Shown: in pieces, positions 35,420-48,591 of the stretch | Layout: each line of letters begins with the position of its first letter | How positions within the stretch are numbered: position 1 is the stretch's first letter | Assembly (NCBI GenBank): GCA_010909165.1 | Contig: MU008165.1 | Location: 1,860,001-1,924,000, forward strand | Direction of reading: 5' to 3' | Length of the DNA stretch: 64,000 nucleotides | Source: Anthoceros angustus | Lineage: Eukaryota; Plantae; Anthocerotophyta | The notes under the pieces: generated by a model | Seen by the model: the letters and a program-made list of their open reading frames with translations, nothing else | The model's database searches: none | What the model was told of the DNA's origin: nothing | Position numbers and translations under genes: made by a program

Positions 35420-35452
<33 letters not shown>

Positions 35453-35773
35453 CGACATACTTAATCTACTTTACCGACCAGAATTCCCCTAATTTGATCC
35501 CTCACCTGGATATATAGGCAGCATGAGCATAGCTTGAGCAATCACTCATCACTCAATCATTAGTAGTTGTTCAAACAAAAATAAATTTTAATTTTTTCTG
35601 AAAATATAAATAAATCAATATAATAAATATATTTTTAACCTTAAAAAGATATGTGATTTTATCCTTATATTATATCCTCATAATATTAATTATTAGAATA
35701 TATTTATTATATAAAATTATTTAAAATTACTTGTATAAAATATAATTATAATTAAATAATATTTTGTGATGTA

Positions 35774-37431
35774 TCAAAAACTGAGCTGGTGAGTTCGTGG
35801 AGGAAATGGAATGGTGTTAGTAGGAAGACTGTGCTTATCCAATAAAAACCATCTTTTTACATTTTCTATGAATGCTACCATGTTATCTTGTCGTAATATG
35901 TCCAATATGGGTGGCCGGTAAGGAGGTAAAATATCATCCACCTACATTGAAGTTTTTGAATTTAAAATTAAAATAAAATTTTCAAGTAAAATGTGGATCA
36001 TATGCTGAAACATAGGCTTGAAAAAAATTGAAAACACAATACCTTCATAGTTGGTGCATCGTAAATTTCAAGTTTGGGACAATATAGCTCCATGGTGTAC
36101 ATCTCTTTGGAACGTGAAAGATCCAATTCTTCTAATACATCGCTCCAAACTAGCAGAAAATTTAGTTTTTCACAGTATCCCATGTCTAATTTTTGGAGAC
36201 CCCTTGATAATATCATAGCTTTCCTTACATTTGAACAACGATATAATGATAACTTCTCCAATGTTTTTGACTGCCCAAATTGGTCATAAGTTTGCATGTC
36301 AGTTCTTTGGATGCAACTAGGCCAATGTAACAAATGTCAAACCAAAAGAGGCTTTGATTTCATACCTTTCCATCATAGGAACTACAAAGATTCTATCCTA
36401 TTCTAATGCACACATGCAACTATATGTTATTTTTTTTATTTTGTTGCTTGATGCCAAGAGGAATATGTTTTCATACAAAGTTTGCTATCTTCATTCATTA
36501 CCTAAGAAGGATATCATTTGAAGCTTCCCTTTTGCATGGTGTGCACTATGTTGATAAAAGTTTTCTTTGAAATGGAACATGATTCATTCCTGTGTGATAC
36601 AAACCTCTATGAGTACGTACTCCAGCATACAACAATATGAAAGGTCAAGTATCTTCAAAGATGATGCAAGTGAAGCTGGTGATAATATAAATCGAGTAAT
36701 AATCTTGCATCCTCTTAATACAAGCATATCCTAAAACACTCAACACATATGATTAAAACACACACTTTCATAGAAATGAAGACAATATTATCTTTAAATA
36801 CAGCATAATATGGTATGGTACCAATTTTGGCCTTGGAAAAGCGAACAATTCGTGAATATATGAGTTAGGTAAATCTGGGCTCCATATCATAGTGATCTGC
36901 AGTAATAAAAAAAAGGATCCAAATTAATTATTTGATGAGTGTACAACTATTCTTCCAAAAAATGTAAGGAACAAGGGAGATCTTTTGTTTACTAAGATTT
37001 GAAAAAATAAGAAATACAGAAAATCTGTACATCATCTATTGTAATTCATGAGGGGTCTGAAAAAAAACAAAAAGAAGAAGAAACACTTTTAATATCAACC
37101 TGTTTACTTGCTTCCTCCACTTTTTCACGAATATCCGCAAAAGATGGCCACTTTGCAGGATCTGGCACAGCATCATACCATCTATCCCAACTGCCATAAT
37201 TTTGAGTCTGAAAAATGTAGATGAAATCAGATTATATATATATAAATATACTCCAAGCACATAATGTCATTCCAATGTCATTCCATCCAGCTGTAAGGCA
37301 TGGAATAAGGCATGTGAAGATATTGTTGGAAGACCATAAAAAGGATTTACTTTTTCCCATCCTGAATCATGTTTAGGCTCCGATTTTTTGCCCTTTTTCC
37401 CTTTTTTGCCTTTCTTCTTCTTAGGTCCCAT
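35774..37431 (-). CDS. AT-rich multi-exon LRR protein with Lys-rich N-terminus (MGPKKKKGKKGKKGKK)
   Basis: Exon 1 37431-37351; exon 2 from 37207 (TQNYGSWDRWYDAVPDPAKWPSF); Cys-containing LRR exons (LKILDLSYCCML, LEKLSLYRC, LQKLDMGYC, LEELDLSRS); last exon 35941-35774. Internal exon boundaries are not all fixed. Confidence 0.7.
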
Positions 37432-38837
37432 TATTATCTCTTGGTTTTGATGTAAGATTACTCAAGCTCAAGATCTAATAATGTGCAATTTGGAATGAGA
37501 TTGTAGTCACTCAGGATTTGTTAGTACACTTTGAAATTACTCTTAAACTTGAGCATAGATGTCTTCGCACCTGCAAAACTTGCCTTTCAATATTCTTCTG
37601 TTCACCGTTGAATTTAGATGCACATGTTTCACAGCACTTATACAAAAAAGCTGAGAATCTCAACATTAAATATAACTATGATCTCCTTATGGACCTCCTA
37701 TAGGGGTATTGTTTTAAAGGTATGTATTTGATAATATGTTTAGTATTTAAAAACTTTATATATAAATAAAATCATAATATCCTATATACTTAGAGTATGA
37801 AGCCCCAAATATACAAAAAGATAATAATACCAAGAGTAAGTACAATACTGGATACATGTAGAGTCGTGGAGGAGTGGCGGCGAGGCCGGGACCTGCAAGT
37901 GCAGCAAGCGCGGAGGTTGCGGAGTCCGCAGTCTGTGATGCATGTGGCCTGCTTCGAGGTTGCGGCTCCAAATGCGTGCTTGAAGCAGAGCCAGTCATAG
38001 CGAGCTCTTGTGTGCAATCTACAATGTAGATTATATAATAGCGCTCACACATGTTTAATTCCATAACTGGAGCAACAAGAAGCACGTGGAAGGCACCTGG
38101 CCGATGGCACGGATGCCCAACAGGCCGTGTTCTGGTTGCAGGTGAACGGATGGTGCGCAAATCCTGTTGGAGAAGGAAAATGGCATTCGATTCATGGCTT
38201 TGGAGCTCTAAACCCTAAACGCAGGTCCTGGGTTCGTGGTTGCTAGGGCCAGAATGGGCTGCAAGGCTACAGCAATCCGGAGGCCTTAGGCTAGGTCTAC
38301 AGGAACCTGAATAAAGAGAAGAAAAGCCGACGTGGCGAAAGAGACAAAACTCAAACATGGTAAAATGATTAAATGAACCGTTTTCGAGCCAAAGTGTGCT
38401 TTGGCTTGTTAGATGGGTTCCGGATCCTCCGGACAAGGGATGCTGCAAGGAACCTGAGAGACCAGCCAAGAAGAGTCTGAATGCCTTGCAAGTTGGGAAT
38501 CATTCTAGGGGAAATAACTAGGAACAAGGTCTTGAGCAGTACTAATATTCAAATCTACTCCTATTGTGGTGGATACTTGGTGCAGACTTAGGCACTGATT
38601 CCCTCCAACGACAAATGGTGTTGAGCGCTGCAGTCCTCCAGGTACTGGTTGTAAACTAAGTGGCCACATGGTGAGTGGATTTGCAAGAAAAGTCCCAAGC
38701 ACGGAGAAAAGAGAAGCGCGGGCCAGGAGAAGCACGGGCCAGGAGAGGCGCGGCCAAGAAGATGAGAACGCACCGTGAACCGCCATGGGATGCCCTCCGA
38801 AAAATAGAATAAAGGGTTTCTAGGCTAGATCCAGTTT

Positions 38838-40466
38838 CTATGGACACCCAACCCATTATTTATCATGGGAACCATACACGAGATCCATTGCCCGTTCCGC
38901 TGCCTCGGTCTCGACCGACCCGCAACTCGGATAAATTCTCAGGTACCTAAAAGAAGACAAAAGATGCGAGGAAACTGACCTTCTTACCTTGATTGCAGCT
39001 CGAAAAGAAAATCTTATCAAGCATCAAGAAGGGCGCACCAAGGAGAAAATGAAGATAAGATGAAGCCCACTGGGCTGCAATTTCTGTGGCCTATGCAGCC
39101 TTAAGGGTCTTCAAAACCAACAAGAAAGATCAGTGGAAAGCCTTGATGACCGACTTTAATAAGGTGCAGGATTGGGAGAGGCTTGGCAGCCATTCCGGAA
39201 GATCAAGCTACTGAACTATGGAGTTCAAGGGGGAGAGGGAGGCCTAGAAGCTCTCAAAATCTCTGACTAGGACATTGTATGAGGCAATGTACAACTTTTG
39301 GCTATCAACAATCGTGGGACCATGGATAGCAACAAATCAAAGCAAAAGCTACCAACGGATGACAGTGGCAGCAGTACTAGTGCGATTGATGCTGACATGA
39401 AAATGGAAGGAGATTAAGAAGCTCTAGTTCAGGCAAGTTCCGAGTACGAGTCTGGCAAAAAAAGGTAATGAAAAGCCCAAAATGGAGTCACCAACCTCTT
39501 GCCTTTGTTGGAGAAGAATCATACAGAGCAGATAGAGTTCTTGAGGACAAGTGAGGAGTTCAAGCATGCAAGACAGCTGCGGAACCTGGAACTGAAGGAG
39601 AAGATAGCAACTCATGTTGCTACTGAACAAAAAAAATTGACCCTAGCTCTGAAATTGGTAGGGGTATGATGTTTGCTATGGACACCCAACCCATTATTTA
39701 TCATGGGAACCATACACGAGATCCATTGCCTGTTCACGCCTCGGTCTCGACCGACCCGCAACTCGGATAAATTCTCGGTACCTAAAAGAAGACAAAAGAT
39801 GCGAGGCCTTCTTACCTTGATTGCATCGAAAGAAAATCTTATCAAGCATCAAGAAGGGCGCACCAAGGAGAAAATGAAGATAAGATGAAGCCCACTGGGC
39901 TGCAATTTCGGGCCTATGCAGCCTTAAGGGTCTTCAAACCAACAAGAAAGATCGTGGAAAGCCTTGATGACCTTTTAATAAGGTGCAGGATTGGGAGAGG
40001 CTTGGCGGCCATTCCGGAAGATCAAGCCACTCTTGAACTATGGAGTTCAAGGGGAGAGGAGGCCTAGAAGCTCTCAAAATCTCGACTAGGACATTGTATG
40101 AGGCAATGTACAACTTTTGGCTATCAACAATCGTGGGACCATGGATAGCAACAAATCAAAGCAAAAGCTACCAACGGACGATGAAGCAGAGCAGCGATTG
40201 ACGACATGAAAATGGAAGGAGATTAAGAAGCTCTAGTTCAGGCAAGTTCCGAGTACGAGTCTGGCAAAAAAAGGTAATGAAAAGCCCAAAATGGAGTCAC
40301 CAACCTCTTGCCTTTGTTGGAGAAGAATCATACAGAGCAGATAGAGTTCTTGAGGACAAGTGAGGAGTTCAAGCATGCAAGACAAAACTGAACAGAAGAT
40401 AGCAACTCATGTCACTCGAACAAAAAATTGACCCTAGCTCTGAAATTGGTAGGGGTATGATGTTTG
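38838..40466. repeat. Tandem duplication (38838-39675, 39676-40466) of a TE-like coding fragment
   Basis: CTATGGACACCCAACCCATT starts both copies. CTATG occurs at all three junction points; the copies differ by many small indels. Confidence 0.92.
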
Positions 40467-40478
40467 CTATGACAGACC

Positions 40479-41137
40479 TGTCGCACGAGGTAAGCACTTG
40501 AATTCATATAAGCACTTCCTCGACAAACAACCAAGCAAAACAAATCTAATACGCAAATATAGGTGCAAACCAATAACAACATGAGGGAGTAGCTCGCACG
40601 TCGTGGCACAAACACACTCTTCCCACGAGGACAACACGCAAATTCCTCACACATCGCTCTCGGAGTCATAGCTTTGGCCTCCTCACAGCACCCTTGCATT
40701 GCATATCTAGAGGACAAGCTATGATTTGAGCGTGTCCTCAATGGAAGGGTCTATATATACTAGCCCTTGGCATCGGCATATTCCTAAGATATCCTATTGG
40801 CATCAGCATATGCCAAAAATATCCTAGGAATATACTATAATTATGCAAGAAATATGCTAAAGCATATTACTTGAGCTTCTCCACTTAGCTATTGCTAACC
40901 ATGTTTAATTAACACTAATCAATGCTTATTAACATAAGCACCTTAGATTAATTAACATGAATCAATGCTTAATTAACATAAACACCTTAGATTAATTAAC
41001 ATGAATCAATGTTTAATTAACATAAGTACATTAGATTAATTAATACTAATTACTTACTTAAAGATAAGTAATTAGTTTAATTAATGCTAATCAAACACTA
41101 AACCCAAGTGCAGAGATTAATATCACACGGCATGACA
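40479..41137 (-). mobile_element. Solo LTR (659 bp), same family as 24024-24616
   Basis: Reverse-complement homology over the full length, TG...CA ends, perfect 4-bp TSD GACC (40475-40478 and 41138-41141). Confidence 0.9.
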
Positions 41138-41399
41138 GACCTTTCATGCAGTGTCCGTAGTTTAGGTGTTTCTCTTATAGAAGCTGTTCACATACAAAAT
41201 GGTGATAGACAGCTTCAGGATGTCCAAATTCACTTGCTATTCCAATTTATTGAATTTTACAATACTTTCAAAGTTTGTGCTCAATCTCCTTTGTCATTAC
41301 ACGGCATCTACATTAAAGGAGCCCGTAATCTATGTCCTTCTACGCTTCCTGGGTCTACTGGATTGTGCTTTTGCTCCAGGTATTTCATTATCAATTTCC

Positions 41400-41880
41400 T
41401 TCGCAGCTAAGAAACTTGGATCCAGTTCATCTCCACAATCAATACAAATATTTGAAAAATTGCACATGCATATGAAACCTCAATGAAGTAGCTGATTTTC
41501 CCTGCCAAACCTTCCTTCCCATTATTCGCCATACTTTTTTTAATGCTCCAAAAGCAATTTGAACGACCATTCTTGTAGATGAATGCTTATAATTAAACGA
41601 ATCCATATTTCATACTAGACCCCTATCTGGAAAAGGAATGACAAGCCATGGTAGCAAAGGATAACCAGCACCATCTATAACATATTCTCTGATGGCCTCT
41701 TTACCGACCATAATAACTTCTCCATTTACACTTTTACCTGCATTTGCTAAATGATAAAATTCACTATTTATATGAAATACGCATATCTTTAGCCGCTCTA
41801 GGCCAACTTGTCAAAATGTTCAAAAAGTTTTTGTCAGGGCTTTACAATGACCTGCATGCCATGGTGTAGTCTTGGTATAT
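41400..41880 (-). mobile_element. PIF/Harbinger transposase, C-terminal half (pseudogene)
   Basis: MQVIV.PDKNFLNILTSWP...DMRI, EYVIDGAGYPLLPWLVIPF, FNYKHSSTRMVVQIAFGALK. Confidence 0.85.
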
Positions 41881-42879
41881 TCCCACAAGTTTCATCTTGG
41901 GAGCGGTAGGTAGCATAGTAGACGTTCAGGGGCCTAGTCCCCCTTGGTCTGGGTCCCTCTAAAGGGTTGTTCCCCATCGATACCGTACTTAAATCAGCTT
42001 TCTCGCATGGGTTTACTGTCACCTGGGACCTAAGACCTAGGACCGCAGCCACTTCCGCCTTCGTGTGCTCTTCACTTCCATGGACACCAAGTGCCAGTGG
42101 TAAGCCACCAACACAAATGAGTCTCGCAGCTGGCTCCACCATTTCATCACACTACCGCACTGCCACAAATGATCAGTAGATATCTTTCAATCTCTAGCTG
42201 ATCTTACATGTACATCTCTTGCTCCCTCTAACTGCGTTTGCGAGGGCCATCCTGCTTCTACTTTGGAGGACCCTCCAGCCCTCAGCAGCCTGGACCCATG
42301 TATGTGGTTGTGATCACCCAACTTCACATGAAGATGATGGCAAACACACTCTCTGGCTTAGCAGCTTGGGTTTCCATGGAATAACAAAGCCGATGCTATT
42401 CCTTCCAGGTTCATTGAAGTTGTTATCGGATGGGGTGGCCATGTCTAAGCCCAAGGCAAATTTTAGGTAGATCATCCGCGCGTTTGGGAATGGGAGGATA
42501 TTCTGCAATATATATTTAAGGTTATCATTCCTAATTCGTCAGTGGGCTGCTCAATTAGCTTGACAGCTACGTACGGGAGATCCGCAGGTTGAGTGCTCGA
42601 ATCGCGCCCTTCGCTTTTTTTCTTCTTTGATGATATCATTTTGTCTACGGTATTGTTACCACGCATTTGCCATATTCGTTGTCGTATACCATTTATCTAC
42701 GATATTATTACCACGTATTTTCTCATTGTCATATACTATGTTACCCACGTCAGAACATTTCTCCATGCCGATCGGGCATTGTCGGACCTAGTGAATCGGT
42801 TGATCCTGAGGCTAGGTTCACATGAACCCAAACCCGGAGGGCTAAGTCTGGGCCAGAGTTGGGGTGCCAAGAAGATTCT

Positions 42880-43375
42880 TACATGGAGTTCAAAGTGGTA
42901 TGTATTATATCAAACCTCGTATCACTGATATGTGGCCTTTGTACGTCATGGTGGCAAGGGAGGAGCGGAGATTTTCTGGTTTTTTGAGATTTTCATGGTC
43001 AACTTTTGAATACATATATAGTTTAGTTTATCATGACCTACAGCTTGTAAATGTGCCTGGATTCAATATTGTCCCAGGAAGAAATATTCCAGTTGATAAG
43101 CAAGTGGCTATTGAGCTGAGGAGACTTGCAATAGGTGACACCTTCTAGTCCATTGGTGAAACGTTTGGTGTTGGTAGGAGCACTGCATGTGAAGTGACGC
43201 GCAAGTTCATTGTGGCCTTCATTCAAAGTGTTACACATTATTTAAGGTGGCTTACTGAGGAAGAACTACGTGCAGTGAAAGATGGTTTAAGGAGAAGTAA
43301 GGTTTTACAAATTGTTGTGGGGCCATAGATGCCACTCACTTCAAGATGGAGCTTAGTGTGGGCGAGAAAGGCCTA
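42880..43375 (+). mobile_element. PIF/Harbinger transposase, N-terminal half (pseudogene)
   Basis: FSGFLRFSWSTFEYIYSLV, VDKQVAIELRRLAIGD..SIGETFGVGRSTA, NCCGAIDATHF. Confidence 0.87.
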
Positions 43376-43384
43376 CTGACCAAC

Positions 43385-43930
43385 GAAGCTGAAGATGCTA
43401 CGTTCATCGCGTTCTAAGCTGTTTAAAAAATTGTGTTTACCAACGCCCTTTCCAGAGCAATGGATACTCATTACTGGAAGAACGCCACCACACAGGAAAG
43501 AGGGAGACCTACCCCATTCTTGCGAATGTAGCACAAGCCTTGAAAAACATCCAGAAGTCGTTGCCCATGCTCCCATGAGTCTCAAAAGCAAGGGGAATGG
43601 AAACCATCGCCTTCCTGCTCGGGAGTGTATTTGTGAACCTTGGTTGTAGCGCATCCCTCCGCCCCCCAACCCAGAGAGTTAATGATGACACGCTCGTAGA
43701 TGGTATCTCGAGGAAGGTCTATTACAACCACATTAGCAACAGAGACTTGGTCCTCTCGGGTCAGAAATAGATCCGTCTTGAGAAAAACGACAAAATATAT
43801 GGGTGCTCCCCGAAAGGAAAGACTGGTAATGGAGAACATGACATCTCGAACAGGATAAAAATGGGTCCCAAAGTCATCAAGAGGGTAAATCGTGAGAGGA
43901 GCATGTTGGACCAAGTCCACGTGGAAACTC
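43385..43930 (-). mobile_element. CRE-like non-LTR retrotransposon fragment (restriction-like endonuclease domain and C-terminus)
   Basis: VANVVVIDLPR...ATTKVHKY, PLAFETHGSMG, FFQ..VSIALERALVNTI; related to 53190-53300. Confidence 0.65.
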
Positions 43931-44249
43931 GTTCACGGGAGCACCTTATCATTATCAATTCTTTTCAACCTCCGCCAAATGAACATTATTTTATAGAAAA
44001 TAAAATAATGAATCCCTTGGACATACAATAATATATACTGTACATACCTAGTCAGAAGTACTGAACAAATATGTACTTGAGTACAATGGCTAATATCTGA
44101 ACTTCCGGAAGCTCCCACAACGGAGTCTAAATTTTGGAGGAAGCCAGAATTCTAACAAGGAACCAGGCAACTTGACACCCAGCATTCTCCCGTAGCTTCG
44201 CGGTCTGAGGAAGATGTCGAAGGCAAGAAAAACAGCCTGGCATCAGGTC

Positions 44250-47200
44250 CTAGAAGTTGCTCACAAAACAAAAACAGGACGAGCAAGTGCCGCAGCAATT
44301 GGCTTCTCCCATGGTTTCTCTCATCCATTCTAAAGCGTTCACGATATCCCAACTCTCTGGTCGGCCGGATGGCTCTCCTCTCCTGCCACAAGTAACAAAA
44401 AGACATCAACAATTAAGCTAAAAGCCGGAGAGAACCAGAGACTAACCAAAATCAGCAGGTTGGACAGCGTAGCCCAGCTACTTGACTCTGGGCAACTTGC
44501 CTGACCTGAAGGCACGTGTAGATATGCTCATCCTTGCTAAAACCTTGCAGTTGGATAGTCTCCCATTTTGAATGGTTGCAGAAACAATCCAAACTAAAGC
44601 TTGCAACTTTCTCGTTTTACAAGACACTTCGGCTGGACCAGCACCAGTAACTGACAACTCCCTCAGATGGAAAGTTGCCACCTGTTAATCCACCGCAAGC
44701 AATCAATTCTCCTTCCCTTCCCTTGACTGGATTGTCATGATCCCACCTCCTGAGCCTTGATCTTTGCACTGTGACCACTGCAAGTCGAAGAGACTCCATC
44801 CTTAGATGCTGTAGACCGTCCAACACTATCATTGGTACATCCTGTATCAGAAAGGATATTCGCCTGTGTTGCACCGAGGTTACCGTCCAGTAAACCAGAA
44901 GTCCCATTCACAGCCTGGACATAACGTTTTTCTTTCGCCCTGTCCAGGTTGGCCACCACTTTCGTTCTCAAGTGAGCACGGGCATTCTCACCTAAAAGCT
45001 TGGATCCCTTCTGCTTTGCCTCCTTGGAACTCCCAACTGGTGACTCCAACGGGACAGTAACCCAAATTTCTTCAGGCTTACTCGCCTTGTTTCCGCCTTT
45101 TCCAACTTGGTTCCTGTCACCTGCCTTCATTCGCTTTGCCGGTTGTGCGACAGCTTCAGTTTCATCATCTACTACATTTTGTCCTGCCACCTCCGGAACC
45201 GACGCTCCTTGTCTTGCTTTTAGAGACTTTGGAGTCTTCCTACCGGTTTTCCTATTGGTATTTGTGTCGCGCCCAGTTTGCCTATGCCGATCTGCTGTCA
45301 ACAAAATACCTGGCTTCATTCCTTTCTGGTTGTCCGAAGTAGCCCTCTTCCTCTGAGAACTGCCCGCGTGGCTACCAGATTGGGATACGGTGTTGTTAGC
45401 AACCTTTTTAACCTTCTTGGCTGAAGGAGGCGACGCAGTGACTGATGGGCTTCCACCTTTCCCCCCAGTGCGCGCATCCCATGTTTGCTGTGGAGTTTCT
45501 GGCCTCTTCCTCCTACCTGGAATTACAGGGCCCACCGTCCCAAACTTCGACTTGCTATTGGAGGAGAGATTTCGCCGCTTTGAATGAAGTTCCGCGACAT
45601 TCTTGTTGTTCAAGGAGGCTAAAGGCCCATCACCAAGATCGCTCAGAGATTTGAAAGAGAGTCGCTTGGATACCAACCAGTCTACCGTTGGATTGCTTCG
45701 GTCCTCAGGATATTCCTCCTTCTCGATTGACTTCACTGCTTTAACCTTCCCTGATTTTGACCTGGCCTCAGATCTTGAATCCGAAGCGCTCTTTCCAGCT
45801 ATTTCTGACCCTGATGCAGACTCGCCCCCAAAATCCACCTTCAACGTAGACACCTTGGATACTGCGGTTCCTCCAGGTGGCTGGGCCTGATCCTCAAAAG
45901 AACCAGAAGTGGTTTGCTGCTTCGAAGAAGATCCTGACATCTCAGAAGCAGGTGGTGTTGACTCAAGCATACTTGAAGAATCGAGGCTTGGTTGCAAGGT
46001 TACATGTTCTGGCGATGGTTTCCCTTTGTGCGCATGTTTCGATGCAGACCTTGTAGACACGTTTCCAGAGCTCACAGGACCAGGATCCTCCAATCTGCGG
46101 CGCTTTTGCTTTTGCTTTCGTCTTTTCTCTTCCTCTGTAACCCTGGGAACATCCAGCCATCTGCAAAAACTTCAGGATTGGCATTGGAAAGCTTGACGAC
46201 GACCTCAAGGATTCTAACACACAGCCTGAGGACAAGATCCTTACTTAAGCAAGAAATTTTCCCCGATGGATCACCGTGCATGTGAAGTACATTAAGTGAG
46301 ATGACTATAGGAGGAGTTTCTTACTGAAAGAACTTGCAGCCGTTAGCTTCGAGCTGTCTCCTCTTTTTCCCATTCGGCTGCTTATGAGAGAAGGCCGCAC
46401 ATGATAGATAACGAAGGCCTCTGTTGACACTCTTGGTGCCCATTACTTTCTCAATTGCTGGCGTGCCACACCCACAAAGAGGGATAGGAAGCACACCCAT
46501 ACTAGCAGGACGGCCACCCACTTCTGGGCTCGAAAGTGCTTCCTCCAGAGTACCTGGATCCAACACATTAGAAGCTTTCTCACCAGCTGCTGTGACATTC
46601 AGGTGCCCTGCCTGTTCACTGTCTGGAACCACTGCTACAACTGCACTGTCCTCAAGAACCTCTCCCACACTGTCCGTGACCACCTCGGGTCCCTGTAGCT
46701 TACTTGCTTGCACAAGGAATTCCTGCTTCAAACGTTCGTCCTTTTGGACATCTTCAAGGCTTTCCACCCTCACACTGGGTAGTAAACGTTTTGTGATGAT
46801 GCTACCCTTAAGTTTACCAGCGTCACCGGTCGCCACAACTTCTGCCGAATCATCTGTCTCTGCTTCGCTCTTCATCTCCCCTCCATGGACATTTACACTG
46901 TCGTTTCTCACGCTTTCTTGAACAATAGCCCCAGACAACAACGATGAAGAGACTTCTTCAACTAGCCCTGTACAAGTAGCCTTACCACAAGATGCTTCAC
47001 CCGAAGCAGAGATGGTTCTGGGCTCATCTGTTGGGCCCACTACTGAGAAGGATATCGTGGGAGCAAGCTTCTCCTCTGCATATGTATCTGTAGATGCAAC
47101 AGCTGTTTCATGTCGAGCAGTTCCACCTTCTTCACCCCTGCGAGTCTCAGTGGTTTCACCCGCACTTGGAACAGCAACGGCAGATGCAGCACGTGGTGGC

Positions 47201-48591
47201 TCAGCAACTGATCCCTTATCTACATCTGTCATGCTGGCATCTTTCGGCGTACATAAACTGATAACATGCTCTTGTTCCAAAACATTGGAAGGTTCGAACT
47301 CCATGTTTTCCGAACCTATTTTCTCCAACCCAGACTTACAAACATCAGAAGTACCATTTACCTCATGCTTGACGTCCGCAACACAGGCAACACCCTCCTC
47401 CTCCCTGGAACAGCATTTGGCAATATCCGACTCGTTCGTGACATCATTTACCTCCATCCCTTCTACAGAGGCAAAACCAAGAACTGATCCGCCAAAGCTT
47501 GACACATCTCCCACTTCCTGCTTTACATCTACGGTGGCGCCTGTTCCAGCGGGACTCATCCCTTCAGGCCGCACCACATCCTTCTCTACATCATCCGACA
47601 AGCCAGCTGTACAAACAGACTTCTCCACCTTACAACTTCCCAGCACAGCACCACTTTCTTCAACCTCTGCACATCCTGCAGCCACCCCGTGACCGCAGAC
47701 ACCACAGGAATCTCCCTCAGATTCCCCGTGCACTACACTCTGTTCCACCGTCCTGCTCGTCGAAATCAAAATAACCTCACTCTCTCCAGTCGGACGCCCT
47801 CCTACCTCCTCACACTCCGCACTCCAACCTCCAGCTTGTTCCTGCTCGTCTACACGAACATCCTCCAACCCCCGTCTGTCACAAATCTCTCCTTCACCGA
47901 CATCCTTTCCCTCAACACCGAATCCATCACCACCAGCGGTCCTACTTCCATCCAAGCTCCCTCTCGACACCTCGTCCACAACATCCGCTCCGACTTCACC
48001 TTCCCCCTTCATGGCTCCCCGCAGTCCTTCACTCGGTCCAGCCCCCTCCTCTTCCACAACCACATCCACAGCATCTCCCAACCTTCTCCCACCGTCTACT
48101 AAGCCCGCAGCGCCTGTACACAAAACCCCGTCGTCCACGCTCCCTAACGCCATCCCGCACTCCTCTTCCTTCACCACATCCACCGCGTCCCCACCCTTGC
48201 CACAAACCAGCGCACCAGCCTCGGCCTGATCCTCCGTTCCAGGAGACGTCTCCAGCACATTCTCCTTCACTTTCACACTAGCTCCATCCCCGAACCTCCG
48301 GGAACCCATCCCCTCCGATGCGTCAGTTTCCCGAAAAAGAACCTCCTCCTCCTCCCCCTCAGTAACGGCAGACACCAAACCACGGCCTTCTTGAACCAGT
48401 ACACTCGTCGTCGTTACCTCGTCCTCGGCCGTGCCTGCAGCATCCAAGCCCGCACTCGTCCTTTCCTCCACGTTTCCATCGCGATCCTGGCTCCCCGCCC
48501 GGCCTTCCTCCTCCACAATTCCATCTCCCAGCTCACCTCCTTCAGCACGCGCAGGAGCGGCACCTGCACTGGCCGCAGCTGCGTCCGCCAT
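44250..48591 (-). CDS. Large (~1300 aa) intrinsically disordered protein with one GRF-type zinc finger
   Basis: Exons 48591-46325, 46160-44747, 44681-44506 and a probable 44382-44250 splice in phase (alternatively exon 3 reads to the stop at 44478). Zinc finger PLCGCG...RYLSC...CKFFQ|WL is completed across intron 1. Confidence 0.75.

Noticed and set aside
37780-38160. GC-rich patch with short ORFs on both strands
   Set aside because: No domain, no consistent splice model; possibly the promoter or 5' UTR of the LRR gene.
38209-38220. Telo-box-like TAAACCCTAAAC
   Set aside because: A single short motif with no supported downstream gene, and not a telomeric array.
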